Assembly (NCBI GenBank): GCA_951406725.2
Contig: OX597821.1
Location: 76,694,001-76,758,000, forward strand
Length of the DNA stretch: 64,000 nucleotides
DNA from: Octopus vulgaris
Lineage: Eukaryota
Reading direction: 5' to 3'
Position numbers and translations under genes: made by a program. A model generated the notes under the pieces. The model made no database searches. It saw nothing but the letters and a program-made list of their open reading frames with translations, and was not told where the DNA came from. Positions within the stretch are counted from its first letter, which is position 1, and each line of letters begins with the position of its first letter. Below, piece by piece: positions 1 through 13,929 of the stretch.

Positions 1-313
1 ATGTGCCAGAACTATAAAATTCATTATCTTCACTTAAATTGAGGGTAGCGGAAATTAAATCAAGTTGACTTGGGTTAATGGAAGTTAAATATGACAGAAG
101 TTAATTAGTCCGATAATGATTTCCAATGTTAATTTAAAAGTTAAATCGTTAATGAAAATGTTAACTTCATTAATTAGCGATTAATGGATTGGTGTCCAGA
201 TTTGGAAATATGATATGACAAAAGTATGAGGAAGAGTAAATAAGCAACCATACAAAAATAATATTAACCTCTTCCCCAGCAACTGTTTTTGGGGAAAATG
301 TTTCATTTATCAG

Positions 314-406
314 ACGAGTTTGTACTCTCATCCTGATGTATCCAAGCTTCTCATGGAAGATTCATGCTCATTGTTATCTTCTGAGCTCGACATTTGGGCG
401 TACTTT
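314..406 (+). CDS. Possible upstream exon of the pseudokinase gene (TSLYSHPDVSKLLMEDSCSLLSSELDIWAYF)
   Basis: tttcatttatcag acceptor and non-repetitive open frame, but only a weak donor (TTT|gttaac). Confidence 0.3.
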
Positions 407-424
407 GTTAACAGAAAAGACAGA

Positions 425-775
425 TAGGCGTAGGAGTGGCTGTGTGGTAAGTAGCTTGCTCACCAACCACATTGTTCCGGGTTCAGTCTCACTGCGTGAC
501 ACCTTGGGCAAGTGTCTTCTACTATAGCCTCAGGCCGACCAAAGCCTTGTGAGTGGATTTGGTAGACAGAAACTGAAAGAAGCCCATCGTATATATATAT
601 ATATATCTATGTGTGTGTATATGTTTGTGTGTCTGTGTTTGTCCCCCCAACATCGCTTGACAACTGATGCTGGTGTGTTTAGGTCCCCGTAACTTAGCGG
701 TTCGGCAAAAGAGACTGACAGAATAAGTACTAGGCTTCCAAAGAATAAGTCCTGGGGTCGATTTGCTTCCAACCA
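425..775 (+). mobile_element. tRNA-derived SINE with CORE-like motif (CCTTGGGCAAGT) and internal (TA)/(TG) tract
   Basis: A-box TGGCTGTGTGG, B-box GGTTCAGTC. Further copies at about 1983-2398(-), 8830-9233(-), 14876-15273(-), 22405-22775(+), 24860-25504(-), 33046-33495(-), 55165-55541(-). Confidence 0.9.
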
Positions 776-782
776 GGAAGAA

Positions 783-1733
783 GCTGCCTGACATGGCTCT
801 TATAACACTATGACTGGGTGCTGAAACAGCTGCTCAACCACTCAAATGTGGATGTGAAATATCTCAATTTTGCAAAGGCCTTCGATATAGTTGATCATGG
901 AATGATGTTCCAAACTGCATAACCTCAGCATAGTCAACAGATTGGGAGAATGGCTGCATGACTTTCTGAAGGATAGAAGTCAGGTGGTAGTAACCAATGA
1001 GGCCACTGCCAATGACATGCAAATAGTGAGCGATGTTCCATGAGGCACTGTTTTGGGACCACTACTGTTCATAATGACCCTCTCAGATATGCCCTCTTCC
1101 ACATAGAAGGCCACCATCACAAAATGGGCTGAGAAGAATAGCATGCAGTTTCAAGCCTTGTGCTATCAGCATACGAAACTAAATGCAATACCCATTAAAT
1201 ATACTGAACCTGGAGAGATTGCAGTCCCAGAGACACAGTCAGTGCAAGACCTGGGCATTTATATGAGTAATGATGCATCCATCTATGTGCATGTTGCTAA
1301 ATTGGCAATGAAATGCAGGCGGCTGACTGGATGAATTCTTAGAACTTTTAGAACGAGAGAGCAGGAAACCATGATGGTCCTCTGGAGGACACTTGTCCTA
1401 AGCCACTTTGACTATTGCTCCCAGCCATGGTCACCAACCAGTGTCAAATTAATTGCAGAACTTGAGGCATTCCAATAAAGCTACACAAAGAAGATAGCCT
1501 CTATGCAACATATAAGCTACTGGGAAAGACTCAAGAGATTACGACTCTATTCCTTAGAGCGTAGGCGAGAAAGATATGCCATAATATACATCTGGAAGAT
1601 CCTCAAGGGGCTTGTCCCAAACTTTGGCATCGAGAGTTAAAATAAAACTAGAACAGGGTGCCACTGCATAGTGCCAAAGACTTCAAATTTGCCATCAAGA
1701 TATAGGACAAGATATTGCAACAGCCTAGGTCCC
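783..1733 (+). mobile_element. Decayed CR1-clade LINE, RT and 3' region
   Basis: FAKAFDIVDHG, VP*GTVLGPLLFI, QDLGIYM, DYCSQPWSP, YWERLKRLRLYSLERRR; stops and deletions. Confidence 0.88.
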
Positions 1734-1831
1734 TACTCATGCCTGTGCACACACACACACCTTTTGGATGCTCTCTCTCCTTCTCTCTCACTCTGATAGT
1801 AATTAATTTAACTGTGTAATCTCTTTTACAG

Positions 1832-1927
1832 CACAAATCCATCTCTAGTTACGAGATTCTCAGAAACAAATTAAACAAAGCTTTTCTCTGCGAGTTTGAT
1901 GCCTGTTCCGATGAAGATTGTATTGAA
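1832..1927 (+). CDS. Probable upstream exon (HKSISSYEILRNKLNKAFLCEFDACSDEDCIE)
   Basis: ctcttttacag acceptor, GAA|gtaagt donor, 96 nt, open only in phase 0. Confidence 0.65.
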
Positions 1928-2184
1928 GTAAGTATTAAGCCTTTTTGTTTGTTTTGTGATTGCTTCATTGTTTATTGCTAAACTCTTTTACTCATTTCAG
2001 TCATTTGACTGCAGCCATGTTGGAGCACCACCTTTAGTCGAGCAAATCGACCCAAGGACTTATTCTTTGAAAGCCTAGTACTTATCGCATCGGTTTCTTT
2101 TGCCAAACTGCTACTGTTACGTGGATGTAAACACACCACCATCGGTTGTCAAGCGATGTTAGGGGGACAAACTCAGACACACAA

Positions 2185-2221
<37 letters not shown>

Positions 2222-3400
2222 CATATATTTATACGACGGGCTTCTTTCAGTTTCCGTCTACCAAATCTACTCACAGGGCTTTGGTCGGCGTGAGGCTATA
2301 GTAGCAGACACTTGCCCAAGGTGCCACGCAATAGGAATGAACCTGGAACCATGTGCCTGGTAAGCAAGCTACTTACCACACAGCCACTCCTGCGCCTACA
2401 ACCTTTCAACATCATCATCATCATTTAATGTCCGTTTTCCATGCTGGCATGGGTTGGGCAGTTGGTCAAGAGCTGGTAAGGCCAAGACACATCAGGTTTC
2501 CATGTGTGTTTTTGCATGGTTCCTATGGCTGGATGTCCTTTCTAATGCCAACCCCTTCACAGAATATACAGGGTGCTTTTTACGTGACACCAGCACCAAC
2601 AAGATCTCTAAGACATGGCTGGGAGGAGGGAGTTGTTGTGAGGGTGGTGGTGGCTTTGTGCCAGTTAAGGGAGATAGTAAAGGTGTAGAGGGGAGAGGGG
2701 TAAGTGTCCTGCTGTGGAACAGATACATAGATACTCCTGCTGGAAAAGAAAAGTGGGTGAGTGAGTGGGTAAGACATAGAAAAGCGGCCGAGTCATTGTG
2801 TTGGATAAAGAGAGCAATAGTGAGAGAGATTGAGTTTTTTTTTTATTTGATCAGAATACAGAAATAGTTTTTCTCTTTAACATATCTATCACTCAAAGTT
2901 CTTGTTTACTGTCGTAGCTGAGTCTCAGTCAAACCTTGAGTGTGCAAACAGACGTGTGGACTAAGTGCTCCAGCAGGGACCACCAATCTTGTTTCCAGAC
3001 AATGAAGGACTACATTATCCAATGTGTCCCTTTCCTTTCGTTTATAAGTTAATTTGTTGTTTGAGGGGAATGTATAGCTGCTATTTCTAGCATGTCAAGT
3101 ATCCATGTAGAGGTTCCCTTACTGAGTAATCTGTTGTTACTGTTACATAGTCTAAGATCAATTCTGTTTCAATTTGTTCTCCATAAAAAATTTTTTCTAG
3201 TTTTTTTTTTTTGTTTTTAAATTGTCTTTTTAATACCATTATTCAAATTTTACTAACAACTTAAATTAATCGCCACATCAATATGGCTGATCAATGTTAC
3301 TACTAGTTTAACCCCAGGCGGATCTACACCCCATACATTCATATATATATATTGCCAGCAAGGAAGCAAATCCCTACCATTCTCTAGCAGACGACAAGAT

Positions 3401-3447
3401 CGCAAGACCAATTTGTTTTTGAGCTATTTTGCTCATCCTCAGTTACA
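3401..3447 (-). ncRNA. Degenerate type I hammerhead ribozyme (Penelope pLTR-like relic)
   Basis: Minus strand: tgtaa CTGAGGA t gagc-aaaata-gctc aAAAC aaattg GTC ttgcg; the catalytic G of GAAA is mutated to A. Confidence 0.5.
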
Positions 3448-3499
3448 AATAACCGGTCACCAGAGAGATGGCCAGAATCCATTCCAGCTAGCAATATAT

Positions 3500-4030
3500 G
3501 AAAGGCAAAGTCGACCTCAGTGGAATTTGAACTCAGAATATAAAGACTGACAACATACTTATTTCTTTACTACCCACAAGGGGCTAAGCACAGAGGGGAC
3601 AAACAAGGACAGACAAACAGATTAATTCGATTATATCAACCCCAGTGCATAACTGGTACTTATTTAGTCGACCCCGAAAGGATGAAAGGCAAGGTTGACC
3701 TCGGCGGAATTTGAACTCAGAACGTAGCGGCAGACGACATACCGGTAAGCATTTTGACCAGCGTGCTAATGTTTCTGCCAGCTCGCTGCCTTAAACAGAA
3801 GAAATATTCTTTACTACTCTAGGCACAAGGCCCGAAATTTTTTTGGGGTGGGGGGGGAGCAGTTGATCAAATTGACCCCAGTATGCAACTGGTACTTAAT
3901 TTATTGACCCTGAAAGAATGAAAGGCAAAGTCGACATTAGTGGAATTTGAACTCAGAACGTAAAGACTGATGAAATACCGCTTAGCATTTTGCTTGGCAT
4001 GCTAACGTTTCTGCCAGCTTGCCACCTTTA
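3500..4030 (-). mobile_element. Cluster of tRNA-derived SINEs with GTCGACTTTGCCTTTCATCCTTTCGGGGTCGATAAA central domain (Meta/MESC-like)
   Basis: Repeated head aaggcggcgagctggcagaa and B-box GAGTTCAAAT. Other copies 24000-24376(-), 26030-26190(-), 36890-37133(-), 44190-45310(+), 50272-50650(+). Confidence 0.85.
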
Positions 4031-5016
4031 TTAAAATAAAATACTAATTAAGTCCTGCAGTGGATATAACTAATTAAATTTGGGGCATTTTTACCAAAGT
4101 AACAGATTAGTATATTTACTCGTATTTGTTTCAGTGATTGGTGTGTGGCCATGCTGGAGCCCCACCGCCTTGCAGTTAGTCAAACAAATTGACCCCAGGG
4201 TGTATTTTACATCTGACACTTATTCTGTCTGATTCTTTAACCTAACCATTAAGTCATGGAGATGTAAACGGACCAACACTGGTTATCCAGCAGTGGTGGG
4301 GACAGGTGCAAGCACTCACACCAACACGCACACACGCACTCATACACCCACAACCACAAACATACACACACATTCATACACCCACAACCACAAACATGCA
4401 CGTGCATGCACACACATAGACACACACATTCATACACCCTCAAACACACACGCACACACATATACACTCACACGCACACACATATACACTCACACGCACA
4501 CACACATACACCCACAACCACAAACATACACATGCACACACACATACACACACACTTATACACCCACAACCACAAACGCACACACACACACATTTATATA
4601 TTCATGATGGTGGGGTCTTACTTGCACACAGTGTCCGTCTACCAAATTCAATCACAAGGCATCATTTTGGTCGAGAGCCTTAGTAGAAGAGATTCACCCA
4701 GGGTGCCATGCAGTGGAACTGAACCGGAAAGCCCAAGGCTGCAAAACAAGTTTCTTAACCACAGCATACCAAAGCTCACAGATGGAGTATGTTCTGTTTT
4801 TGTCATTGTGTTCAAAGAGAAAGAAAGGTTCTCATCACACATAATTTGTGGTCGTCCATTCACATTGTAGGTCTCATTGGGTGTGATTGATGTTAAAATG
4901 GAATTTGAAATGCTGAGGGACATAATCTGATGGAAACATGAATACAGTACTCCCTTGAATATCACGGGTCTTATGTTCCAAAATCCCCCGTGACAGGTTA
5001 AAATCCGCAAAGTAGA

Positions 5017-5410
5017 ATCATCATCATCATCGTTGTTTAACGTCCACTTTCCATGCTAGCATGGGTTGGACGATTTGACTGAGGACTGGCAAACCAGATG
5101 GCTGCACCAGGCTCCAGTCTGATCTGGCAGAGTTTCTACAGCTAGATGCCCTTCCTAATGCCAACCACTCCAAGAATGTAGTGGGTGCTTTTACGTGCCA
5201 CCGGACAAAGGCCAATCTGGCAGTACTGGCAATGGCCACGCTCAAATGGTGCTTTTTATGTGCCACCTGCACAGGAGCCAGTCCAGCGGCACTGGCAACA
5301 ACCTTGCTCAAATGTTTTTTCACATGCCGCCAGCACAAGTGCTAGTAAGGCGACACAGGTAACGATCACGCTCGAATGGTGCTTTTAAACGTGCCATCAG
5401 CACAGAGGCC
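5017..5410 (-). mobile_element. SINE-like repeat with RTE-type (GAT)n tail and internal GGCACRTAAAAAGCACC repeats
   Basis: Tail AACCCATGCTAGCATGGAAAGTGGACGTTAAAC(GAT)n. Copies at about 10791-11280, 11720-12010, 17043-17516, 18150-18388, 25113-25340, 30110-30814. Confidence 0.8.
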
Positions 5411-5454
5411 AGGTTTACATTTGATGGATATTTGTCCTCATCTTGTTTGTTGTT

Positions 5455-5500
5455 AACACAACGTTTCGGCTGATATACCCTCCAGCCTTCATCAGGTGTC
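5455..5500 (-). ncRNA. Minimal type I hammerhead ribozyme, intact core
   Basis: gacac CTGATGA a ggctg-gagggtatat-cagcc GAAACGTT gtgtt: stem I, stem II, palindromic ACGT stem III, GUU cleavage triplet; lies in a fragment (5414-5566) of the element at 26280-27364. Confidence 0.8.
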
Positions 5501-5679
5501 TTGGGGAAATTTCGAACCTGAGTTCTCATTCCTAAGGTATTTTTCGATGTTGTTATTATTATTATTAAATGGTCATAAGATCATCATTATCCAAATATGT
5601 ATATATATTATATGTATGTAATAATTTTATATTTGGGTATGCAGCTTATTTTATACTGTTGTATAAAGCTTGTTTACAG

Positions 5680-5777
5680 TATTTGGCTACCTGGTGTCAA
5701 CATCAGTATGGAGGTATGTGTCACTGGATTTGCTTCAGGAATCCTTTCATATCCATAGAGTTTATAAAAAATACGAG
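5680..5777 (+). CDS. Probable upstream exon (xFGYLVSTSVWRYVSLDLLQESFHIHRVYKKYE)
   Basis: ttgtttacag acceptor, GAG|gtaaag donor; a phase-1 start and phase-0 end joins exon 9559 in frame, but the phase link to exon 1832-1927 is unresolved. Confidence 0.55.
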
Positions 5778-6467
5778 GTAAAGAAAATGGAGTTCACGTG
5801 ACTCTTTATTCAGAACCACTACAATCGTTTCCGCTCATCATGCACTGATATTTTGCAGGTGAGATGATGTATAAATAGTTCTGATGCATTGTAGGTGTAG
5901 ATGCACCTCCTCAGGTGACTTTTCAAAAACATTTCATTTTTTTTATTCACTATTTCACTTGTTTCTATAGCAATACATTTTGGTAATTGCAGCGTACTGT
6001 CTCCAAAATGCATTGTTACAGAAACTAGTGAAACGGCGAGTAAAACCAAGGTACTTTATGAAAAGTTACCCAAGTCTCCGTACAGCATCACACCTGCTGG
6101 GAACTGGTGCACGATGGCTCAAAATGATCGTGGTTCTGAATAAAATGTTCCGTGAATTCCATTTTCTTTCTCTTGTATGTTGAGTGTGTGTGTGTGTCCT
6201 TGTCTTGATGTCACATGATAATTGTAAATGGGTCATACAACAGTAATTAGTGTCATGTCGTTCATTCATTTGTAATATTTTGTGGAAACATGTCTGGAAA
6301 ATATTTTAGATCGTTACCCAAGGTGCGACACTGTGTAGTGTTTTGGCCGTAGAGAATCTGCGTCAACAAGTTTCATTTAACCCCTTCTAACCTGGAATAA
6401 CAGATGAAATAACAATTGAGAGGTCAGGGACCGAATTAAGTGGAAAGATCACCAAATACTTGGACTA

Positions 6468-6508
<41 letters not shown>

Positions 6509-7076
6509 GGGGAGGGGGAGGAAGATAGAGAGAGAGAAGGAGGGAAAGAGAGAGAGAGAGAGAGAGAGAGTTTGGTTATAACACTGGATTGGTTGAATTG
6601 TTGATGTCAAGGAGGAAAGGTGGAGGGGGGGGTGTCCAAACAAAAATAACAATCTCTGACACATACACATTACAAGAATTAGATAGGGTGAGGGGGAGTG
6701 AGTGAGAGAGAGAGTGAGTAAGAGAGAGAAAGTGAGTGAGAGAGAGTGAGTCAGTGAGTGAGTGAGAGAGAGAGTGAGTGAGTGAGAGAGTGAGTGACAG
6801 GGAGAGAATTAAAGGCAATTTTCCCAGCATGTTAAGACTGCACTTGACATGCTGTTGTTGACTTGAACCAGTTGGTTGTTAAACACACAATGCACAGATT
6901 GTAATGTGGTGTAGTTAGAGTGGCAGTGGGGGGGGGCACGGTATATACGTACATACATACACTCAACTCTTCCATGTAATCTCTTACAAATATGAAAGTA
7001 ATACAGTTACACACACACGTGCACACACACACACACTCGACTATACACGAATATAAACAAACACATACATACACAA

Positions 7077-7500
7077 CTATCATCATCATCATTCTGTGTT
7101 TTAAATCCAGGTTTTGTCCCCGTTAACAGGAGTGGCCGGATCTACCTCAGTGCCATAGCAACCGCCGTCACAACATCTTGCCCAGTTTCGAGCGTCCTCC
7201 CTTCTAAAGCTAACCCTCCCAATCTCCTCCTCCACCACCTGTCCCCTCCACCTTTTCCTCGGTCTACCTCGCTTTCGCGGTCCTTTTACCGCAAATTCTA
7301 GCACCCTCCTCAGAACACACTCCTCATCCCTCCTCAGCACACCCCCATACCACTACACTCCATTCACCCTAGCCCGCCATTCCACCGATTCCCCAACCCC
7401 AGCATCACACATTTCTCTCACCATTGCTCTCTTGGTCCTTCTCAAAATTGCCATCTCTTCCCACCCCCTCAGATACCATGTTTCACTTCCATACAGCATA
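7077..7500 (-). mobile_element. RTE-clade LINE 3' fragment
   Basis: MLYGSETW, WYGGVLRR, KGPRKRGRPRKRW; (GAT)n tail. Confidence 0.85.
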
Positions 7501-8193
7501 GGGTACTTGAATTGAGGGACCATGGTTGTGTGCCAATTGAGAGATTTATTATTCTTAATCTGTCACTTGTTTGTTACCACTAACTAGAACTTAGGGGTGT
7601 AGCTCAGGTCTCCAGTTTCCTTCCAAGGGTGAAGGAAGTAAGATGGGATGGTCATGGTTGAATCCCCCTTTGTTCATAGGTCTGCTCAGTACTGACTCAG
7701 GGCTAAACAATAACCACAGATCAATTATATTAACCATGTGGTGTCCCCTACCACAGTGCTTCTCAAACTATCTGATGTGGCCTACTGGCAGTTTTTTTTT
7801 TCCAGTGTGCCAGGGACCAGTAATATTTCTTAGTGCTATCAATTTATACCAGAAACACCACCAGCCCTCTTTCACACGCACATACATACTCTCTTATACA
7901 CACATGCACCTTCGTTTTTTTTTTGGGGGGGGGGGGTCATCTTTACTTTGTTATCTCCCCTACTTCTTCACTCTCCTGTGTGACCCTTCTGTCCGGCAGT
8001 TGCCATGATAGATCGGTAGCCACTACACATATTTTTTTTCTCTCCCTGTTTTTTTCTGTGTCCCTTTCTGCTGAAATGTAAAAGACTCGAAATGTAAAAG
8101 ACTTTTTCTATTCCTGAGCATTATACTAATACATCTGTTTAGTACACCACCTGTCTTCGTCTTTTGTTATTTTGTTTGTGAACTCTCTCTATA

Positions 8194-8494
8194 TAAAGTG
8201 ATGGTTTGCTGCCAACTTCATGTGGTAGTCCCAGGAAAGGGAAGAATGTTACTGTTATTTAGCCCCAGGAAACACTGTTTCCAGTTGGCTATGTAACACA
8301 AGTGTTCTGTGTCCTTAAGTTTTCAAACTGAGGAGATAAGTACCTTGACTCAGCAAAGCCAGCATCCAGAGACTAGTTTGAAAACTTTAGGACACAGAAC
8401 ACTTGTGTCACGCAGCCAACTGGGGTTAAATAGCAGTAGTGTTCTTCTCTTTCCTGGGACTGCCACATTAAGTTGGCAACAAACCATCACTTTA
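8194..8494. mobile_element. Palindromic MITE with about 130-bp TIRs
   Basis: taaagtgatggtttgctgccaactt... / ...aagttggcaacaaaccatcacttta; related relic at about 33965-34120. Confidence 0.8.
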
Positions 8495-9558
8495 TTGTGC
8501 TGCTACCGTATAAATCTCTCTGAGAGATTTAGAAATGCAATAAATACAATGAATATAATAAAAGTAGACAATTTTGTTTTATCTTATGTTTATTTTGTGA
8601 ACAAATAATACAATATTACATAAGCATTTTATAATTCTTCTTTCTTTCCTGGAAACTAACCACATACCGGCAGCTGATGGCTCACGAACCAGCACCAGTC
8701 CGCAGGACACCACTTTGAGTAGCACTGCTCTAGCAGATTGGGAGATAATCATTTCTTTATAATATTTAGTGGAATTAAATTGAACAATTATGCAGAAAAC
8801 AATGCATAGAATTTCACTCTTTTTTTTCTTTACTCTTTTGCTTATTTCAGTCATTTGACTGTGGCCATGCTGGAGCACTGCCTTAAAGAGTTTTAATGGA
8901 AGAAATCAACTCCAGGGCTTAATCTTTCTAAACCTATTGCTTATTCTATCAGTCTGTTTCACTGAACTGCCAAGTGTGTGGGGGACAAATGGGTGGGGGA
9001 CAAACACGGACACAAAAACATACACATATAGATATATGTATATGTAGATATATATATATATATATATACACATGACGGACTTCTTTCAGTTTCCATCTAC
9101 CAAGTCCACTTACAAGGCTTTGGTTGGCCCAAGGCTATCGTTGAAGACACTTCCACAAGGTGTCATGCAGTGGAATTGAACTCAGAACCATGGGTTTGGG
9201 AAGCAAACTTCTTACCACACAGCTGTGCCTGTGCATCATCATCATCATCATCACCATCAATTAGCATCCATTGTCCATGCTGGCATGGGTTGGACGGAGT
9301 CTGATTTGGCATGGTTTTCTATGGTTAGATGCTCTTCCTAATGCCAACCACTCTGAGAGTGTAATGGGTGCTTTTATGTGCCACTGGCACAGATGCTATT
9401 TACATGACTCAGGGTGCATTTCTTTGCCACCAGCACGGTTGTTGCCATACATTTGTTTTTGCTTATTGATTTTGTTGCTTACACTTTATGAAGTTCTTAA
9501 ATTCCTGGTCATTACGAATAACAGAATGCTCTTTTTGTGTTATTTCTTCAATTTACAG

Positions 9559-9710
9559 GGCAAAAAATATGTGAAAACTTTACAGGAGAATATCCAGAAC
9601 CGACATCTTGGTCTTGATGACAGCCACACCCTTTGTGTCCTGTTGGAACACTGCCTGAAGTGTAAAGAGATCGCTTGCAAAGCTGTTGGTTGTACACAGT
9701 TCTCAAGGAG
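9559..9710 (+). CDS. Pseudokinase gene exon (GKKYVKTLQENIQ...CTQFSR)
   Basis: tttacag acceptor; AG|gtacat donor, phase 2 matches the next exon. Confidence 0.75.
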
Positions 9711-10084
9711 GTACATCATTTCTGTTATTATCTAGAGAACAAAGGTTCCTATCTTGTGTCACGTCAGCCTTTGAGAGGGAGGGGGAGAGAGATAGGGAGG
9801 GGAAGGGAGATAGGGAGGGAGAGAAAGGAAGGTGGGGAAGTGTTTGTTTATAACACTGAATTCTTGTTGACCTCTGGGAGGAATGGTGGGGAGCAGACAA
9901 AAATAACAATCATTGACAGATGCACATTGCAAGAATTGGATAGAGGGAAAGTGAGTGCATGAGTGAGTGAAAGAGAGAAAGAGTGAGAGATGAGAGATGA
10001 AAGGTATTTTGCCCAGCATATTGTTAAGACTGTTGTTGACTTGAATCAGTTGGTTGCTAAACATATAATCTATGTGTTATGGGG

Positions 10085-10133
<49 letters not shown>

Positions 10134-13100
10134 TGTGTTTGTGTTTGTCCCCCTCCCCACCACCACCACCACCATCGCTTGATGACCAATGCTGGTGTGT
10201 TTACATCCCCGTAACTTAATGGTTCGGCAAAAGAGCCAGATGAAATAACTTCTAGGCTTACAGAGAATGAGTCCTGGGGTTGATTTGTTCGACTGAAGGT
10301 GATGCTCCAGCATGGCCGCAGTCAGATGACTAAAACAAATAAAAGTGTGGCTCTTAGTATAATAATTTTGTTCTTTAATACTGCATATACAAAATTTCAG
10401 TGTTTTTTCCGGTCACTAATGTTGCAAATAGCCATCAGGCTTATTAAAGAATAATTATTGGCAAACAGTACTAACATCTTTTGGCATTAATACTTCCCCC
10501 ATAATTAATAATTATTTAATAATATAAACTGAAAGACATCTACAATTTGCATGTTTTTGTTCTTTGCTCAGATTGAAGCGAAGTCAAGAAGAGTTAATGG
10601 AATGCATCTATTCAGCTGAAGAATTTGTGCAATGTGATAACACAACTCAGTTCTTTAAGGTAAAGAAGAAAATTTAGTTTTTTTATTACTTTAGATGGGT
10701 TTGGGACAGTCTATGAATTCTATTTTAAAATAGACAAGTTGCATGCTGGGAAGTTTAGTAAATGGTAACTCATCATCATCATTGTCGTTTAACATCCATT
10801 TTCCATGCTGGCATGGGTTGGACGGTTCAACTGGGGTCTGGGAAGCCAGGAGTCTGCACCAGGCTCCAATCTGATCTGGCCAGATTTCTAAAGCTGGATG
10901 CCCTTCCTAACACCAACCACTCTGAGAGTGTAGTGGGTGCTTTTTATATGCCACCGGCACAGGGGCCAGTCAAGGTGGCGCTGGCATCGGCCACGTTCGG
11001 ATGGTGCTTTTTATGTGCCACTGACATGGAGATCATAACTACAATTTTCATTTGATTTTCATTTTGTTGTTGATGTACTTGACTCAATAGGCCTCCCCAA
11101 GCACAGCATATCACCCTACGATCCAAGGTACTTTTGAGTGGGCTGGGGATGGTTATGCGAAACTGGTGTAGGATACAGCCATGAACTCACTTTATTTGCC
11201 GGGTCTTCACAGTCACAGCATATCTTCAGAGGTCTCAGTCTTTCGTTATTGCCTCTGTGAGGCCCAACGTTTGAAGGTCATTATATGGTATTTGCTATTG
11301 CTTGGTTCTGATAAAACGACCACACACTGGCAATTTAGAAGTTGAATAGAATATTTGGGGTATTTCTTCAAAATGATTCATTTTTATGAACAAAAATCTA
11401 TTGAAATAAATACTTCAAGAGATTCTCATCTGCTTTGGTGCTACTTTAGCATGTGGTCTACATCAGTATCCATATTCTACGTGCAGTGACATGACCTGAT
11501 CTGTGTCACAGTTGGGGATTAGGCTTAAGGTTTGGGTTAGGCTGCATGTTAAAATGTAAATAGTCAGGAAGATCACATGCTAAAGTGGCACCCAATTTTC
11601 AGATTTGGAAATTGACAATTTCAATGACTGCGTCCTAGTTAGAATTTTGAAACAGGATATTTTGAATCAACTTGAAATTTCTACGTACCAAACCATTGAA
11701 AAAGATAATTGTTTGAAGTGCTGGTACCACATAAAAAGTACCTTTACTGGTACCACATAAAAAGTACCTTTGCGGGTATCACATAAAAAGTACCCTTGCT
11801 GGTACCACATAAAAAGCACCCTTGCTGGTGTCACATATAAAATACCCAGTACCCTCGGTAAAGTGGTTGGTATTAAGAATGGCATCCAACCATAAAAACC
11901 ATTCCAAAACAGACAACGGAACCTGGTGCAGCTCTCCAGTTTGCCGGCTTTTCTCAAACTGTCCAACCCATGCCAGCATGGAAAATGGATGTTTGATGAT
12001 GATGATGGTGGTGGTGCTGCTGGTGGTATTTAAACAAATCGTTATTGTTTGAGTTCCTAAAAATGACAGAAACAGTTGTAATAGGTAAAATACCATTATA
12101 TTCCATGGAAGCCAATTTTGCCTCCCATCATTCTGGAGTCCATAAATTAGTACCAGTCAATTACTGGTATTACTATAGCCAGTCTTCAAATCTGTGACCT
12201 TTTGGTTGAAACCCTACAAAGGTTAACCTTACCTATCATCTTTCTAAGATTGGTAACCCTCTCAGACCTAGGCCCCTAAATATAACTTTGCCCTCCACCT
12301 GTGCTCCTGAAAAAAAATTAAATAGTTACATATACAGCTCAAGAGTAATGATTGCAGGTAAACTAATGGACAGAATCTCAAAATTATTCAGGAGACAAAC
12401 AATAATAGTTCTGTTTACTTCAAACGATGTCAAGCAGAGTTAGATCGTTGTCATGGCCAATGTCAGTGTTGCGTAATTGACTTGTTAAGAGCATCCTTCA
12501 AATGTTGGGCGATATGCTGTGCTTGTGAAGAACTGTTGAACTGAGTGTAATTCTAGTCTATCGATGCCAGTGCTGTTTGACTGGCACCTGTGCCAGTGGC
12601 ACATAAAAAGCACCATTCAAGCATTGAGAGTGTAGTGGGTGCTTTTACGTGCCACCGGCACGAGGGCCAGTCAGGTGGTACTGGCAACAGCCACGTTCAA
12701 ATGGTGCTTTTTACATGCTACCTGCACTAGAGCGCCACTCCAGTGGCACTCACAATGACCTCATTATTATTATCATCATAATTGTCGCCGTCATCATTGT
12801 TAAGGTGGTGAGCTGACAGAATTGTTAACATACTTACAAAAATGCTTTGCAGTATTTCACCCGTCTTTATGTTCTGAGTTCAAATTCTTCTGTTGTGGAC
12901 TTTTCTATTCATCCCTCTGAGGTCCATAAAAGAAGTACCTGTTGAACATTGGTATCAATGTAATTGACTGGCCCTTCCCACTAAATTTCAGACCTTGTGC
13001 CTATAACAGAAAGAATTATTGTTATTGTTGTTAGAGCAGTGCATGCCATCAAAGTGATGGTGGGGTAAAATTTACAAAGCTTAATATACCCATCATGATT

Positions 13101-13579
13101 ACCCATCTGATAAGGGTACACCAGGCACATGCATCACAACCATATGTGCGCAACATGGTGATCTGATATCAAGATAAATACCACATGACTTTGCAGATGG
13201 GGCCTAGTTAGAATTTTCATCTGGTCGAGTAACCCATCCCTCTCAAAAGGTCTCTGAATAAGGGTTGTTTGAGGCTGTTGAATGAACCACCCATGTTTCC
13301 AGAGGTAAATTATTCAAACCCCAAAGAATTCCTCTCAACACATGGCTATGATGCTCCCCCACTACTTCTGCTTGTGATCAGAGATGCACATATTGTCAGC
13401 CCCTAAGGGACATGCTCAACTGGTTAAGGTCTAACAACTGACAAGCAAATCTGTGGTATTGAGCAGAATATTTGTTGTAGCCCATCTTTTATACCAAAAC
13501 AAAACAATGTACATGATAACACTTCCAATCAGTTGAGACCAGAAGGCACGAGAGCCACTGCCTGGTACTGCATCAGGGC

Positions 13580-13622
<43 letters not shown>

Positions 13623-13891
13623 ATTTTATAGGATTAAGGTAACTCCTCCAGAAGGTATATAGAAGCAAAAAAAAAAAGAAGAGTGCCATTGTTATGAACT
13701 GAACGATATTTCAGCATCTAGTGTCAATCTACTTCATTTTTGATAATATTTTATAGGATCGAATTAACTCCTCCAGTAGGTATACTGGGGCAAAAAAAAG
13801 AAGAAGAAGATCATCATCATCATCATCATCACCAACACCATCACCATCACCATCATCATCATCACCATCATCACCATCATCACCATCACCA

Positions 13892-13929
<38 letters not shown>

